Source: Nanobdellota archaeon (GTDB lineage Archaea; Nanobdellota; Nanobdellia; Pacearchaeales; GW2011-AR1). From it: 64,000 nt of DNA. The stretch spans positions 8,429 to 72,428 of the forward strand of contig JAUSIT010000016.1 of assembly GCA_030647965.1 (NCBI GenBank), read 5' to 3'. Both the position numbers and the translations under genes were made by a program. The notes under the pieces are model-generated. The model was not told where the DNA came from. It did not search any database and worked only from the letters and a program-made list of their open reading frames with translations. Shown here one piece after another: positions 19,541 to 30,539 of this stretch (its first letter is position 1; each line of letters opens with the position of its first letter).

Positions 19541-19897
19541 ATGAAGAAAATAAAACCTTTAAAATTAAAACTAGATAGATTTCATGTAACAAAAATAGGG
19601 GATAGAACATTAACTCCTGCACAAAAAAGGAAATTAAAAGAAGTAGTTGGTTATAGATGCCAAAAATGTCATAAGGAATTTGATGCAAGATATTTACAGA
19701 TACATCATAAAAAATCAATAGCAAGTTATAAAAATAAAATTACGGGTGTTGATTTACCAGTTTATACTTTAGGACGAAAACATATTCCAAACTATGATCG
19801 ACAAAAAAGCAAATTAGAAGTTGTCTGTTTAAAATGCCATGATAAGACAAAGAAAAAAAGAAAGAAGAAGAAACCTGTTTGGCAACATTATTTTTAG
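19541..19897 (+). CDS. HNH endonuclease-like protein
   Basis: CQKC...LQIHH...LEVVCLKCH. Confidence 0.7.
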   Translation: MKKIKPLKLKLDRFHVTKIGDRTLTPAQKRKLKEVVGYRCQKCHKEFDARYLQIHHKKSIASYKNKITGVDLPVYTLGRKHIPNYDRQKSKLEVVCLKCHDKTKKKRKKKKPVWQHYF

Positions 19898-20083
19898 AAA
19901 AAATGACTAATCCATTAATTTTAACATTACAAGAAGAAATAATAAAAATACCTATGACTTTTAATCAAGTAATACTCTATTTCTTAATTATAATGATTAT
20001 TTGTTTAGTTTTTATTATAGTTAAAATTAAAAAAGATCGAAGAAAAAATAATAAAAGTTAGGATTTATTCCACCTTTTTATAC

Positions 20084-21667
20084 TCAAATCCTGCAACTCT
20101 CATCATCTTTTAAGTTAGTCATATAATGTAAGGCCTTAATCTGCTCTTTTATTTCTTCTAAAACTGCGTTTAAATGAGCTGGGACAAACTTTATTGTGCC
20201 TGCACATTCATGGCCTCCGCCGTCAATATTTGCTTGAGGGAATTTTTTCTTTAGATTATCCATTATCTTTTGAACAGGAAGCACTGGCTTTGTTGCTCTT
20301 ATAATAGTCATATCTGAAAGATAACCAATTGTGATTACAGGCATATTTTCTTTTCCTTCTGCAACTAAATCATGAATCATACCAACAACTTTTCCAGGAT
20401 TTGGATATTTGAATCTTACAGTGTATTTTTCAATGTCAATTGTTGAGAAAGTTATTCCTTCTATATCTTGAGTTCTTAAATAAGGCATTGTGCTTTGCAA
20501 TTGTGTTTCAACTCCTTTTTGAACTTCTTCATTTATTGTTTTAACAAGTTCTTGTTTTGTAAAAAGTTCTTCAAACAATCCCTTGCCAGCATCATATTTT
20601 AAATTATATGCAATAAAATCAATTGCAATTCCTATTTTTTCTAAAAATGCTCTTTCTTTTCCTGTATTTTTAATATAATCTTGTGTTTCTTGAATATTAG
20701 TTCGATCACTTATTGCAGCAACTGCTGGATAAAGTGGACCATCAAAATCTTCAAAAATAAATCTTGCAACTTCATAAGATAACATTCCTGCACTTGTCTG
20801 ACTATCTAAACCTTCAATGTATGGATTTAAATGAAATGAAAGATAAGGATCTACTGCTGTTTTTTTATCTTTTATAATAACTGGATTGTGATGGTCAATA
20901 ACTATTACTTCATATCCTAAATTTTTTAAAATTTTCAAACCAGTAACATCTTCTGGTGTTGAACCATTATCTAAAACAACAATTAATGGTTTTTCCTGTC
21001 CATGACCCTCTATTAATCTTTTTGAAAGAACAATGTCTCTGAAAACATCACTTACTTCATAAAAAGGAGCTTTGCTTGGGGATCTATATACATTAAAATC
21101 AGGATTAAGTCCTATTTTTTCAATAAACCTTTTACAAGAGTGTTCAATTACAAGGCCTGAAATAATCCCATCTGAATCTGCATGATGTCTTATCATAATT
21201 GATTGATTTTCAAGAATTGCTTTTCTTATTCTTCTCGCAATATCAATAAATCTATATCTTAATTTTTCATATCTTTCAGATTCAATACTAAATGTTTTTC
21301 TAACAGGCTCGCTGTTTTTTTTAATAATCTCAGAAAAATCTGCATCAGATCTTTCCATTCTGAAAATTTCAATTTGTATTTTTCCTGCTCTTTCAATTAC
21401 TTCGCCTGAAAGTTTTACAACATTTCCTGCCTGAAATTCTGAATTTTTAGTTACAGCGTCTGCTGTTCCATAACCATCACTTACTGTAAATATAACTGGC
21501 CCTGGCTGAGATTTTCTTAATATTTTTACAAGACCTTCAAAATAATCTCCATCAACTAAATCAATAATTGGTTTTGATTCATTTCTCGTAGTTCTATTGC
21601 CAGAATATTGCTGTTGTTCTCCAGGATACTCTCTTTTTTTTGGAAATGGTTTTTTATCGTATTTCAT
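20084..21667 (-). CDS. archaeal RecJ-like DHH phosphoesterase with OB fold
   Basis: HHADSDG, LDNGS, IDHH, GGGH. Confidence 0.88.
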   Translation of the reverse strand: MKYDKKPFPKKREYPGEQQQYSGNRTTRNESKPIIDLVDGDYFEGLVKILRKSQPGPVIFTVSDGYGTADAVTKNSEFQAGNVVKLSGEVIERAGKIQIEIFRMERSDADFSEIIKKNSEPVRKTFSIESERYEKLRYRFIDIARRIRKAILENQSIMIRHHADSDGIISGLVIEHSCKRFIEKIGLNPDFNVYRSPSKAPFYEVSDVFRDIVLSKRLIEGHGQEKPLIVVLDNGSTPEDVTGLKILKNLGYEVIVIDHHNPVIIKDKKTAVDPYLSFHLNPYIEGLDSQTSAGMLSYEVARFIFEDFDGPLYPAVAAISDRTNIQETQDYIKNTGKERAFLEKIGIAIDFIAYNLKYDAGKGLFEELFTKQELVKTINEEVQKGVETQLQSTMPYLRTQDIEGITFSTIDIEKYTVRFKYPNPGKVVGMIHDLVAEGKENMPVITIGYLSDMTIIRATKPVLPVQKIMDNLKKKFPQANIDGGGHECAGTIKFVPAHLNAVLEEIKEQIKALHYMTNLKDDESCRI

Positions 21668-21761
21668 GTTTCTGATAAATAATAGGTATTTTTAAACTTA
21701 TATAATTTACTATAAGTAATAAGAACTTTTATTAATTGTAATTTGTTCTTTATTTTAATTT

Positions 21762-21868
21762 GGGCTTATAGTTCAATGGATAGAATGCCAGGCTTCGGTG
21801 GGCTTACTTTATTTAGTTAAAGAAGATGGAGAAACCTGTTGATCGAGGTTCGAATCCTCGTAGGCCCA
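21762..21868 (+). tRNA. tRNA-Arg(TCG) with a ~35 nt intron at 37/38 (21799-21833)
   Basis: acceptor GGGCTTA/TAGGCCC, T arm CGAGG-TTCGAAT-CCTCG, anticodon TCG at 21795-21797, BHB-like CTTC/GGAG helix with 3 nt bulges. Confidence 0.9.
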
Positions 21869-21934
21869 TTTTGTTGTTTTTCCATAGTAGTTACAAAAGA
21901 AAAGATTTAAAAATACTTCTAAATTCTGTAAATT

Positions 21935-22543
21935 ATGATAAAAATAGTACCAACTGATGTTGAAGGAATGTATCAAAAACTTGTAGATATAAAAACATCA
22001 CATGAAATGCAATCTGCTTCATTAGATTTTTTGTTAGGAATGATGAATAAAGAGCAGAATATAACAACCCAAATACCTGCTAAAACAACTATTTTGCCTA
22101 AAGAAAAACATTTTTCATTTGAAGGGACTTTGCTCCCAAGCCCATTAGAAAGTATTAGTGGGGGGATGTATTCAAATGGTATTAATTATCATGGAAGATT
22201 TTTAATTTGCTTAGAAGATTATACAAAATATCATGAATTTTTAAAAAAAATTGCAAGCAAATTTCCTGATGAATTAAATTTTGGAAAATCTTTACTTTTT
22301 TGTTTAAATGAAGGATTGCCAGAAGATATTAGAAATAAAACTCCTTATTTTGAATTATCTAAATCCTCAGGTCATTCTTGGTTAGGTTTTTCATTTGGAG
22401 AATCAGGAACTGCAAAAAGAAATTTATCTTCTTTACCTGATTTTAAATCAGATATGGATTATACTACTAAGATATTAACCAAGATAATTAATTCTTGTTA
22501 TGATAAAGAATTACCTGATTTGGAATTGCCTCTTTATTTTTAA
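21935..22543 (+). CDS. hypothetical protein
   Basis: 202 aa ORF with TATA-like box upstream. Confidence 0.6.
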   Translation: MIKIVPTDVEGMYQKLVDIKTSHEMQSASLDFLLGMMNKEQNITTQIPAKTTILPKEKHFSFEGTLLPSPLESISGGMYSNGINYHGRFLICLEDYTKYHEFLKKIASKFPDELNFGKSLLFCLNEGLPEDIRNKTPYFELSKSSGHSWLGFSFGESGTAKRNLSSLPDFKSDMDYTTKILTKIINSCYDKELPDLELPLYF

Positions 22544-22549
22544 TTTTCT

Positions 22550-23392
22550 TTAATTTTCAATTAAAATCGCTGCAACAACGCAAAGAACCATTATTGAGGT
22601 TGCAATTATCTGTCTTAGAGTTAGTTTTTCTTTTAAAAAGATTTTTGCAAAGGCCAGAATAAATACTGGGCTTAAAATAAATAATATTGTTGTAAATACA
22701 ATTCCATATGCCCCATATCCCCAATATAATATTATTCTATAAAAAATCCAAATAATAGCTACCCCGAAGATATATGAATATGTTTTTTTGTTAATTCCTT
22801 TTAACGAAGGCATAAATATTAACAAGCTAACTATAAAAATAAACAAGCATCTTAAAAAATAAAATGTAAATGAAGAATAATAATCTAAAATTGCTTTTGA
22901 AGCAACTAACTCAATGGCAAAAAACAAGCTTGAAATTAAAGCAGAAATTATATATTTATTACAAACAAGATGATGTTTTTTAATATGTGTTGCAACTAGG
23001 GCAATGCTTGCAATTATTGCTAAAGCAATGAGTGAAAAATTTCTTTCTGATGAATAAATTATAACTGCTAAAAAAACAGTAAATAATGGCTGAGTCAGTC
23101 TTATTGGCTCTAATTCTGAAATTTTTTCCCATTTATATGCATAAAAAAGAGTAAGATTTGCAATAATCGATGCAATTATAACTACTGAAAAAATCAAGAT
23201 ATTTTTTAATAAAAAAGCTTCAGGAGTTATTTTCCAGAAAAAATAAAGAAAAGGAAGCATAACAGCAGCTATTGCAAAAAAACTAAGAACATTATAATTT
23301 TTATAATTAAGAAATTTTTTCATCAACAGTCTTTTTTCAAAAATTGTGCCTGTTGCTTCTAACAATGCTCCTATTACTGGTAAATAAATCAT
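22550..23392 (-). CDS. DMT/EamA-family transporter
   Basis: about ten TM segments in two repeats, ILSPVF..FLKEKL. Confidence 0.85.
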   Translation of the reverse strand: MIYLPVIGALLEATGTIFEKRLLMKKFLNYKNYNVLSFFAIAAVMLPFLYFFWKITPEAFLLKNILIFSVVIIASIIANLTLFYAYKWEKISELEPIRLTQPLFTVFLAVIIYSSERNFSLIALAIIASIALVATHIKKHHLVCNKYIISALISSLFFAIELVASKAILDYYSSFTFYFLRCLFIFIVSLLIFMPSLKGINKKTYSYIFGVAIIWIFYRIILYWGYGAYGIVFTTILFILSPVFILAFAKIFLKEKLTLRQIIATSIMVLCVVAAILIEN

Positions 23393-23421
23393 ATTGCCCC
23401 TTTTTTCATTTTTAATCTAAA

Positions 23422-24804
23422 TTATTTTAAAAATTTCAACAAACAATTCTTTGTTGTTTGATAATCCGCTCTTCTGCTTGAAAGTTTCATAACTTCGCCT
23501 ATTAAAAAATTAAGAGATTCTTGCTTTCCTGCTTTAAAATCTTCAGCTGCTTTTGGATTTTTCTTTATAGCATCTTTGCAAAAATTTTCAATCTCGCTGG
23601 AATCTGAAATCTTTGAAATATCTGATTTTTGCTTTATTGAAAAACTATTTGGAATAAATTCATTCATTATCTGCTTTGCTTTTAATTCTGTAATTTCTTT
23701 TTTATCAATTGCTTTTATTAGTTCTGCTAAATGTTCTGGATTAATATTTACTTCTTCTAGTGTTTTTTTATTGTAATTTAGTATTCTTAATAATTCAATT
23801 GTAACCCATGAAATATATTTTTTTGCATCAACTTGTTTTGCTAGAGCTTCAAAAAAATCAACTAGTTCTAAATTTTTTGTAAGAATTTCTGCATTTGCTT
23901 TGTCAATTTTGTATTTTGTTAAAAGTTTGTTTAATTTTTCATCAGGAGTTTCTGGGAGATTTTGTTTTAACTTGCTAACTTCTTTTTCATCTATTTTCAC
24001 AACAGGTAAATCTGGTTCTGGAATAAATCTATAATCTTCAGCACCTTCTTTTTCTCTCATTTTTATTGTTTTTCCTTTTGATTCATCATAAGTTAAAGTT
24101 TCTCTTTTTTGCTCAATTTTATTTCTGTAATTTTCAAGCTGTCTTTTAATCTCATATTCAATTGCTCTTTTTATTTTGTCTAAAGAATTAATATTTTTTA
24201 TTTCAACTCTTTCCCCATATGTTGAAACATTTACATCAACTTTAATTCCTGCACTTTTTTTTATTGCTTTTATATAAGATAAAGCAATAACTAAATTTTT
24301 TAGCCATTCTATAACATTATCTGCTGAACGAAAATCAGGTTCTGTTACAATTTCTATTAAAGGCAGACCAGAACGATTATAATCAATTTTTCCTGTATCT
24401 GGATTCCATCTTGCAGGGTCTTCTTCTAAGTGAGTTTCTGTTATTTTTATTCCATGGAATTTTCCATCTTCTGAGCAAGGAGTTGAATAAGCTCCTGAAA
24501 TTGTATTTTGATAGCCCTTAGGTATATCTGGCCATGAATAGTGTTTTCTTTGCCAGACTAATCTTTTGTCATGATTTACTCTGCATCCTAAAATTAAAGA
24601 AATTTGAATTAATTTTTTCATTGCTTCTTTATTTGGAAGCATAGGTTTTGAACCTGGCTGACCTGTGCAAATGGGACAGATTCTTGTATTTGGTTTTTCA
24701 TCTTTTTCAGAAATTGCCTTGCATTTGCAAAATAATTTTTCTTTTGTATTTAAATATCCATGAATTTCTAATCCGATTTTCAAAGGAAAACTCTTTTCAA
24801 CCAT
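23422..24804 (-). CDS. gatB: Asp-tRNA(Asn) amidotransferase subunit B
   Basis: IGLEIH, CPICTGQPG, HLEED, DYNRSGLPLIEIVTEPD, DYRFIPEPDLP. Confidence 0.96.
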   Translation of the reverse strand: MVEKSFPLKIGLEIHGYLNTKEKLFCKCKAISEKDEKPNTRICPICTGQPGSKPMLPNKEAMKKLIQISLILGCRVNHDKRLVWQRKHYSWPDIPKGYQNTISGAYSTPCSEDGKFHGIKITETHLEEDPARWNPDTGKIDYNRSGLPLIEIVTEPDFRSADNVIEWLKNLVIALSYIKAIKKSAGIKVDVNVSTYGERVEIKNINSLDKIKRAIEYEIKRQLENYRNKIEQKRETLTYDESKGKTIKMREKEGAEDYRFIPEPDLPVVKIDEKEVSKLKQNLPETPDEKLNKLLTKYKIDKANAEILTKNLELVDFFEALAKQVDAKKYISWVTIELLRILNYNKKTLEEVNINPEHLAELIKAIDKKEITELKAKQIMNEFIPNSFSIKQKSDISKISDSSEIENFCKDAIKKNPKAAEDFKAGKQESLNFLIGEVMKLSSRRADYQTTKNCLLKFLK

Positions 24805-24879
24805 ATTTTAAATATGAAATCTGGGTTTTTATTTGTTTTGAAACTTGGGTGATTGAATAAATAACTTTTTAAAATATTT

Positions 24880-25107
24880 CTAGTAAAACTTCAACTTGAT
24901 TAAAACAATTAAAGAAACTGCTAAGCTAATCAAATTTGCTATTGCTAAGCTATTTAGGCCAGAAATAAAACCATCATAAACTAAAAATGCAACACCCAAA
25001 GAATAAATAATAATAAATGAGGCATAAATTTTTTTCTTTTTACCCATAAGTAAAAATTGAATAATCCAGCCAATAATTATTAATGTTAAACCAATAAATG
25101 CAATCAT
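24880..25107 (-). CDS. small membrane protein
   Basis: three hydrophobic segments. Confidence 0.6.
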   Translation of the reverse strand: MIAFIGLTLIIIGWIIQFLLMGKKKKIYASFIIIYSLGVAFLVYDGFISGLNSLAIANLISLAVSLIVLIKLKFY

Positions 25108-25352
25108 TTTCTTTTATATACCTTCCAAGCTAAAATTAAAGCAGAAAGTGTTGCAATAAAAAATGAGGGGTATAAAATATTTGGGCTAATTTCCATGCCC
25201 CTTAATTTAATAAAATCATAAAAAACATAAATTCCAAAAGTAATTAAAAAAAACCACCCATAAATTTTTTTCTTAGAAATCATAATAATTCCTAAAACTG
25301 CTATGGCTAACTCAATTAGAATCGAAATATATTGTAAAAATTCCATCACCAT
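25104..25352 (-). CDS. small membrane protein
   Basis: three hydrophobic segments; overlaps the next gene by 4 bp. Confidence 0.6.
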   Translation of the reverse strand: MVMEFLQYISILIELAIAVLGIIMISKKKIYGWFFLITFGIYVFYDFIKLRGMEISPNILYPSFFIATLSALILAWKVYKRK

Positions 25353-25453
25353 CTTATAAAAAAATGAGATTCAAAACTATTTAAATTTTTGCATTAAAAA
25401 TACATATATTAAATTACATTAATGCTTATAAATCTCAAGTGTTAATTATTAAA

Positions 25454-25984
25454 ATGGAAAAAGAAGCAAAAATTTTAATTGCTGGAAAAAATTTAGATTA
25501 TTGCTTAATACAATCTGATGAAGAAAAAATAAAACAGATGGCTTTTCCAAAAATTTCTCCAGATTATTCTAGTTATGATTATTGGGAAAATGTCCTGGAA
25601 AGTTTGCAAATTAAAGAACAAAATCCAATAGCCGGAAACAGATTAATACCTTTTGGATTAATTCATTCTATTGAAAAGACATATGGAAATGAAAAAAATT
25701 ATGATAATCTGGTTAGTTATACTTTAAATTTTTTTAAACAAGCTGAAGATTATGGACAAAAATATAGTGCCCCTTATGTTTTAATTGGAGATTTAAGTGC
25801 AGAAAATATTGGCTCTATCTGGAGTAATGCTAAATTTTCAGGAAAAGCACAATTAATGATTGAAAATCCTAACATCGAACCTAAAGAAATAAAGATTTCA
25901 CATCATTATCCTAATAGAAGATACGATATTAGAAGAAACGCATATCCTTTAGGACATGAACCTCCAAAAGAAGAAAAATTGTAA
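25454..25984 (+). CDS. hypothetical protein
   Basis: ORF; start taken at MEKEAK. Confidence 0.55.
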   Translation: MEKEAKILIAGKNLDYCLIQSDEEKIKQMAFPKISPDYSSYDYWENVLESLQIKEQNPIAGNRLIPFGLIHSIEKTYGNEKNYDNLVSYTLNFFKQAEDYGQKYSAPYVLIGDLSAENIGSIWSNAKFSGKAQLMIENPNIEPKEIKISHHYPNRRYDIRRNAYPLGHEPPKEEKL

Positions 25985-26036
25985 AATAAATTAGATTAAT
26001 CAATAAATATTTAAATAAGATTATTATAAGATTATT

Positions 26037-26618
26037 ATGGAAAAGTGGATGAAAATATTATTAATTTCTTTAGCGGTTTTAATTGTTATTGGGGGAGTAA
26101 TTTGGGCAGTTTATTATTTTAATTCAGATGCATATAAAATAAAAAATGCTGAATCTTTTTGGAATAAAACAGTTAGTGATGCGATTAAACAAAAAGATAG
26201 TTCTATTTGTGAAAAAATGGATGACGAAAAATTACGAAATTATTTCTCACCAAGATTCGCTTGTTATATCAATGTAGCTCGTTCTTTGAAAGATAGTTCT
26301 ATTTGTGAACAATCAAATGAGCCCAATACCTGTTATGTAGAGATAGTATCTGAATTAAAAGATAAATCTATTTGTGAAAAAATAATAAACTTAGATATTA
26401 AATTAGATATTAAAAGTGAGTGTTATGATAGATTAGCTAGAGCTACTTTAGATGAATCTTTTTGTAATTTAATAACTAGTAACTATCTGAAGATGGAGGG
26501 ATTTGATTTAGTTGATAATTGTTTATTAGATATAGCCATAAAAAAGAAAGATAAATCTATTTGTGAAAAAATAAATGACACTTTTTTTAAAAAAACATGT
26601 CTTTCTAATTTTAATTAA
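26037..26618 (+). CDS. membrane-anchored Cys-rich repeat protein
   Basis: N-terminal TM then repeated KD.SICEK...CY units. Confidence 0.75.
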   Translation: MEKWMKILLISLAVLIVIGGVIWAVYYFNSDAYKIKNAESFWNKTVSDAIKQKDSSICEKMDDEKLRNYFSPRFACYINVARSLKDSSICEQSNEPNTCYVEIVSELKDKSICEKIINLDIKLDIKSECYDRLARATLDESFCNLITSNYLKMEGFDLVDNCLLDIAIKKKDKSICEKINDTFFKKTCLSNFN

Positions 26619-26660
26619 ATAAATATTTTATTAATTAAAATAAATTATTAGATAATTATT

Positions 26661-28244
26661 ATGAAAACTTGGTTAAAAATATCATTAAGTATATTAGTTT
26701 TTTTATTTATTAATATAATCTTCTTTGTTTCTTATAGCCAATATGGGGAAGTTCGTCAAGTTTCATTCTTATTAAGCCAAGAATATATGCATTCAATAGA
26801 TGATTGTTCAGTTTCCCGGATTATTGAACAAAAAGTAGACTATGCTAATAAAAAGATAGGTCCATATTGCTTAAATCCTTTTTTAAGGATACTTGTAACT
26901 AAAGAAAATTCTTGTGCACAACTCCAAAAAAGAATTAATAATGTTAGTGAAAATTTATTTGAATTAAAGAAATATTGTACAAAGCTAAATAATGAAAAAT
27001 CTAGTGAAAATATTGAAAAAAATAAAATCTGTGGAAATTTAACATGTTCAGAATATCAATCTTGCATTAATAATAAATGTAGTTTGGATAGCTTAGACTA
27101 CAAATTAGGATTAGTTTATGTTTATAATAATAAAGATACATATAATTCTAATTGGAAAGGAGAATTTGAAGAAATTAATAAAAAAGTAGAAAAAGGAATT
27201 AAAGAATCTACTAATAATAAAATAAATGCTTCAATTACAATTTTAGGAGAAGTTAAAACAGATAATTTTTGCTGGAATCCTGCGAGAATAGGGGTTATTT
27301 GTCAAAAAGATAATTCTTCAAGTAATAATATCTATTATGATAAACTACCGGACTCTTCGTTTGTGGGGGGAGAGCCAACATTATATTGTAATTCGATAAA
27401 ATTTATTGATTGTGAAAATTGTAAGGCTGAATTAGTTAAAAAAGAAGAAAGTAGTTATGGAAATAAAATCTGTAATAAAGGGGATGAAAAATGGGAAACT
27501 ATGCCTGGAAAATGTAATTCTAATTTTAAAACTTTTTATTGTGATGGTTCAACAGGAAATCTAACAATTGATTGTACTCTTTGTGGATGTGAAAATAATT
27601 TAATTTGTGATGAATATAGTGGGAGATGTATGAATTCTCTTGATAATAAACTTTATAAAATTAAATCTGATTGTGAAAATCCTTTATATCAAACAAGTTT
27701 ATTTGAAAGCTATAGATTTGGGTTATTAAAAGAACAAATAAGCAGTGAACTAAATTTTAATTTTGAAAATTATGATGGGATCTTTATTATAATAGGTAAT
27801 TATGGTTATCCCTTAAAAAATGATCCTCTATTTTTAGAATGGGATTGTAATAAAGGATTTGGTTATCCAATTATCGGGGGATATTCTAATTTAGTTATGG
27901 CTGAAAATTTTATAAAATCTGATGGTGGATTGATTGATTGTAGCACTACTCACAATAAAAGATTATCTTATGAAGCAAGAGGGTGGCATAGTATGGTTCA
28001 TGAAATATTGCATAAATTAGGTGCACTGGATGTTTATGATACTGGAACTGCATTTGGGTTAGAAAATGAGAAAAAAGAAGCTTCAATAATGGACTTAAGA
28101 ATAAATGAAAGTATTATGGGTAATAATTTCAAAAGTTGTATGGAAGATGGAAATCTTGAAAAAGATGATAATGTTTGCACTAACCAAGAATTAGATGAAA
28201 TTTATTTAGATGAATATAATAAACAGAAAATTGGCTTGTATTGA
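26661..28244 (+). CDS. membrane-anchored Cys-rich zincin-like metallopeptidase
   Basis: HEILHKLGALDVY and SIMG Met-turn; many Cys. Confidence 0.65.
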   Translation: MKTWLKISLSILVFLFINIIFFVSYSQYGEVRQVSFLLSQEYMHSIDDCSVSRIIEQKVDYANKKIGPYCLNPFLRILVTKENSCAQLQKRINNVSENLFELKKYCTKLNNEKSSENIEKNKICGNLTCSEYQSCINNKCSLDSLDYKLGLVYVYNNKDTYNSNWKGEFEEINKKVEKGIKESTNNKINASITILGEVKTDNFCWNPARIGVICQKDNSSSNNIYYDKLPDSSFVGGEPTLYCNSIKFIDCENCKAELVKKEESSYGNKICNKGDEKWETMPGKCNSNFKTFYCDGSTGNLTIDCTLCGCENNLICDEYSGRCMNSLDNKLYKIKSDCENPLYQTSLFESYRFGLLKEQISSELNFNFENYDGIFIIIGNYGYPLKNDPLFLEWDCNKGFGYPIIGGYSNLVMAENFIKSDGGLIDCSTTHNKRLSYEARGWHSMVHEILHKLGALDVYDTGTAFGLENEKKEASIMDLRINESIMGNNFKSCMEDGNLEKDDNVCTNQELDEIYLDEYNKQKIGLY

Positions 28245-28277
28245 AAGATTTTTATATCCTTTATTATTAATATAATT

Positions 28278-29561
28278 ATGAAAGAAAAAATATTAAATGT
28301 TGGGGACAAGGTAGTTCTTAATACTAAAGAAAAAGATTTTGAAGGATTTGTTCTAGAAAGCTATGATTCTGAAATTGTTTTATTGAAATTAAATTCAGGT
28401 TATAATATTGGAATAAGGGAAAATGAAATTTTAAATGTAAAAGTTATTGAAAAGGCAAAATCTGAAAAGAAAAAAGAATTTAGTATTAGCCAGACAAAAG
28501 GCCTACCAAATATTGCAATGATTATTACAGGAGGAACAATATCTTCAAGATTAGACCCAAAAACAGGGGGAGTTATTTATACTGATGAAGAAGAAATTTT
28601 AAATATTTCTCCTGAATTAAAAAAAATATGCAATATTATAAAAGTTGAAAAACCATTTATGAAATGGAGTGAAAATATGTCTTTTGCAGACTGGAAAGTT
28701 TTAGCAGAAACTTCTGAGAAATTATTAAATGAGGATAAAATTGAAGGAATAATAATAACCCATGGAACAGATTTTTTACACTATTCATCTGCTGCATTGT
28801 CTTTTTTCTTAAGAGACTTAAACAAACCGGTTGCAATTACATATTCTCAGAGAAGTATTGATAGAGGTTCAACAGATGCTTCACTAAATTTGCTTTGTGC
28901 TGCAAAATATGCTGCTTCTGAAATTGCAGAAGTTGCAATAATTGGTCATAAAGATTTAGATGATGAATATTGTTTAGCAATGCCTGGAACAAAAGTAAGA
29001 AAAATGCATTCTTCAAGAAGAGATACATTCAAAGTTATAAATGACAAACCAATTGCAGAGATTTCTGAAAAAGAGTTTAATATTTTAAGAGTATTTAATG
29101 CAAAAAATAAAAATAAAGTTAAATTAGATTCTGTTTATAATGATAAAGTTGCTTTAGTTATGGTTTATCCTGGCCAAGATCCTGAAATTTTAGATTATTA
29201 TATTGAAAAAGGCTACAAAGGAATTATTTTAGAATTATCTGGTTTAGGTCATGTTCCTTCTTCTGAACAGGCAAAATTTAATTGGATTCCAAAAATAAAA
29301 AAAGCAATTGATAAAGGAATTATAATTTGTGGAACAGCACAGACAATTTATGGAAGAGTTAATCCAAAAGTTTATTCAGCAGGAAGAGATTTAGAAAAAA
29401 CAGGATTGATTTTTTTAAAAGATATGCTTTCAGAAACTGCTTTTATCAAGCTTGCCTGGGTTTTAGGACATAGCAAATGGGCAAAGGATAAGGAAGTTGT
29501 AAAAGAAAAAATGCTTGAAAATGTTTCTGGCGAGTTTAATGAAAGATTAGGGTTTGAGTGA
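28278..29561 (+). CDS. gatD: Glu-tRNA(Gln) amidotransferase subunit D
   Basis: KLNSGYNIG, TGGTISS, HGTD, SQRSIDRGSTD, KMHSSRRD. Confidence 0.96.
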   Translation: MKEKILNVGDKVVLNTKEKDFEGFVLESYDSEIVLLKLNSGYNIGIRENEILNVKVIEKAKSEKKKEFSISQTKGLPNIAMIITGGTISSRLDPKTGGVIYTDEEEILNISPELKKICNIIKVEKPFMKWSENMSFADWKVLAETSEKLLNEDKIEGIIITHGTDFLHYSSAALSFFLRDLNKPVAITYSQRSIDRGSTDASLNLLCAAKYAASEIAEVAIIGHKDLDDEYCLAMPGTKVRKMHSSRRDTFKVINDKPIAEISEKEFNILRVFNAKNKNKVKLDSVYNDKVALVMVYPGQDPEILDYYIEKGYKGIILELSGLGHVPSSEQAKFNWIPKIKKAIDKGIIICGTAQTIYGRVNPKVYSAGRDLEKTGLIFLKDMLSETAFIKLAWVLGHSKWAKDKEVVKEKMLENVSGEFNERLGFE

Positions 29562-29624
29562 AAAACCGAAATATTTATAAATTATAGTGGTTATAACAAT
29601 TATAATAAATATAACTAATATAAA

Positions 29625-29831
29625 ATGGCTGAAACTACTATTGCTTTAACAAACGATCTTAAAGAGAAAATAAAAGAATTTGGAAATAAGGGAGAAACTT
29701 ATTCAGAAATAATTTCAAAATTAATTGTAATTGCAAAAGAAAGGCAGTTGCAGTATTTGTTAATGGATGAGAAAAATACTATTTCTATAGATGAAGCATT
29801 GTTAAATGCTAAAAAAAGATGGCAAAAGTAA
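29625..29831 (+). CDS. putative antitoxin
   Basis: TTIAL...GETYSEII small DNA-binding protein overlapping the downstream RelE-like gene. Confidence 0.6.
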   Translation: MAETTIALTNDLKEKIKEFGNKGETYSEIISKLIVIAKERQLQYLLMDEKNTISIDEALLNAKKRWQK

Positions 29832-30157
29832 TAGTAACTAAGAAATTAGAAGATGAAATTAATAAAAAATTTAAAGGTGAATCTGTTAAAATTTTTGAGT
29901 TAATATATTCTTTAAAAGATAATCCAAAAAAAGGAAAGCCAATTGGACAAGTTGGGGGAATTTTAATCAAAGAAATTAAGTATAAATCTTTTAGATTTTA
30001 TTTTATAACCGATGGAATGAAAATAAAACTCCTTAATATTGAAGAATTAAGTGATTTATTAATTAAATTTGTTCGAATATCTGATAAAAAAGAGCAGCAA
30101 AAGACAATAGATGAAATAAAAAAAATATTAAGAGAATTTGGAGAAAACGCTCTTTAA
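29819..30157 (+). CDS. RelE/ParE-like toxin (putative)
   Basis: L.DNP.KGK, FRFYF; TA-type gene pair. Confidence 0.55.
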   Translation: MAKVIVTKKLEDEINKKFKGESVKIFELIYSLKDNPKKGKPIGQVGGILIKEIKYKSFRFYFITDGMKIKLLNIEELSDLLIKFVRISDKKEQQKTIDEIKKILREFGENAL

Positions 30158-30496
30158 ATGAAATCTATAAGCATGAAAAAAGAAAATTCATTATTAATAA
30201 ATTTTTTAGGAGAAAATCCTGTATTTAGAATTATAGATTTTTTAATTGAAAATAAAGGAATAGGTATAACAAAAAAAGAAATTATAGAAGGTGCTGGAAT
30301 TTCAAGGGCTGCTCTGTTTAAGTATTGGAATCAAATAGAAGCACAAGAAATTGTCGTTATAACCAGAAAATTTGGCAAGACAAAATTATATGCTTTAAAC
30401 TCAAGAAATCCAATAATAAAAAAATTACTTGAATTAGAAAGTATATTAATTGGAAAAGCATTGGATAAACATGCTTTAATTGAGATTAAAGTTTGA
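30158..30496 (+). CDS. winged-helix DNA-binding protein
   Basis: RIIDFL...TKKEIIEGAGISRAAL...TRKFGKTKLY. Confidence 0.75.
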   Translation: MKSISMKKENSLLINFLGENPVFRIIDFLIENKGIGITKKEIIEGAGISRAALFKYWNQIEAQEIVVITRKFGKTKLYALNSRNPIIKKLLELESILIGKALDKHALIEIKV

Positions 30497-30539
30497 GAAC
30501 TTTATTAAATAGCTTAATAACTTAATAGTCCGTTAGGGT

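Noticed and set aside
21799-21833. tRNA intron as a novelty or integration site
   Set aside because: Canonical 37/38 archaeal intron; no duplicated tRNA 3' end or integrase seen
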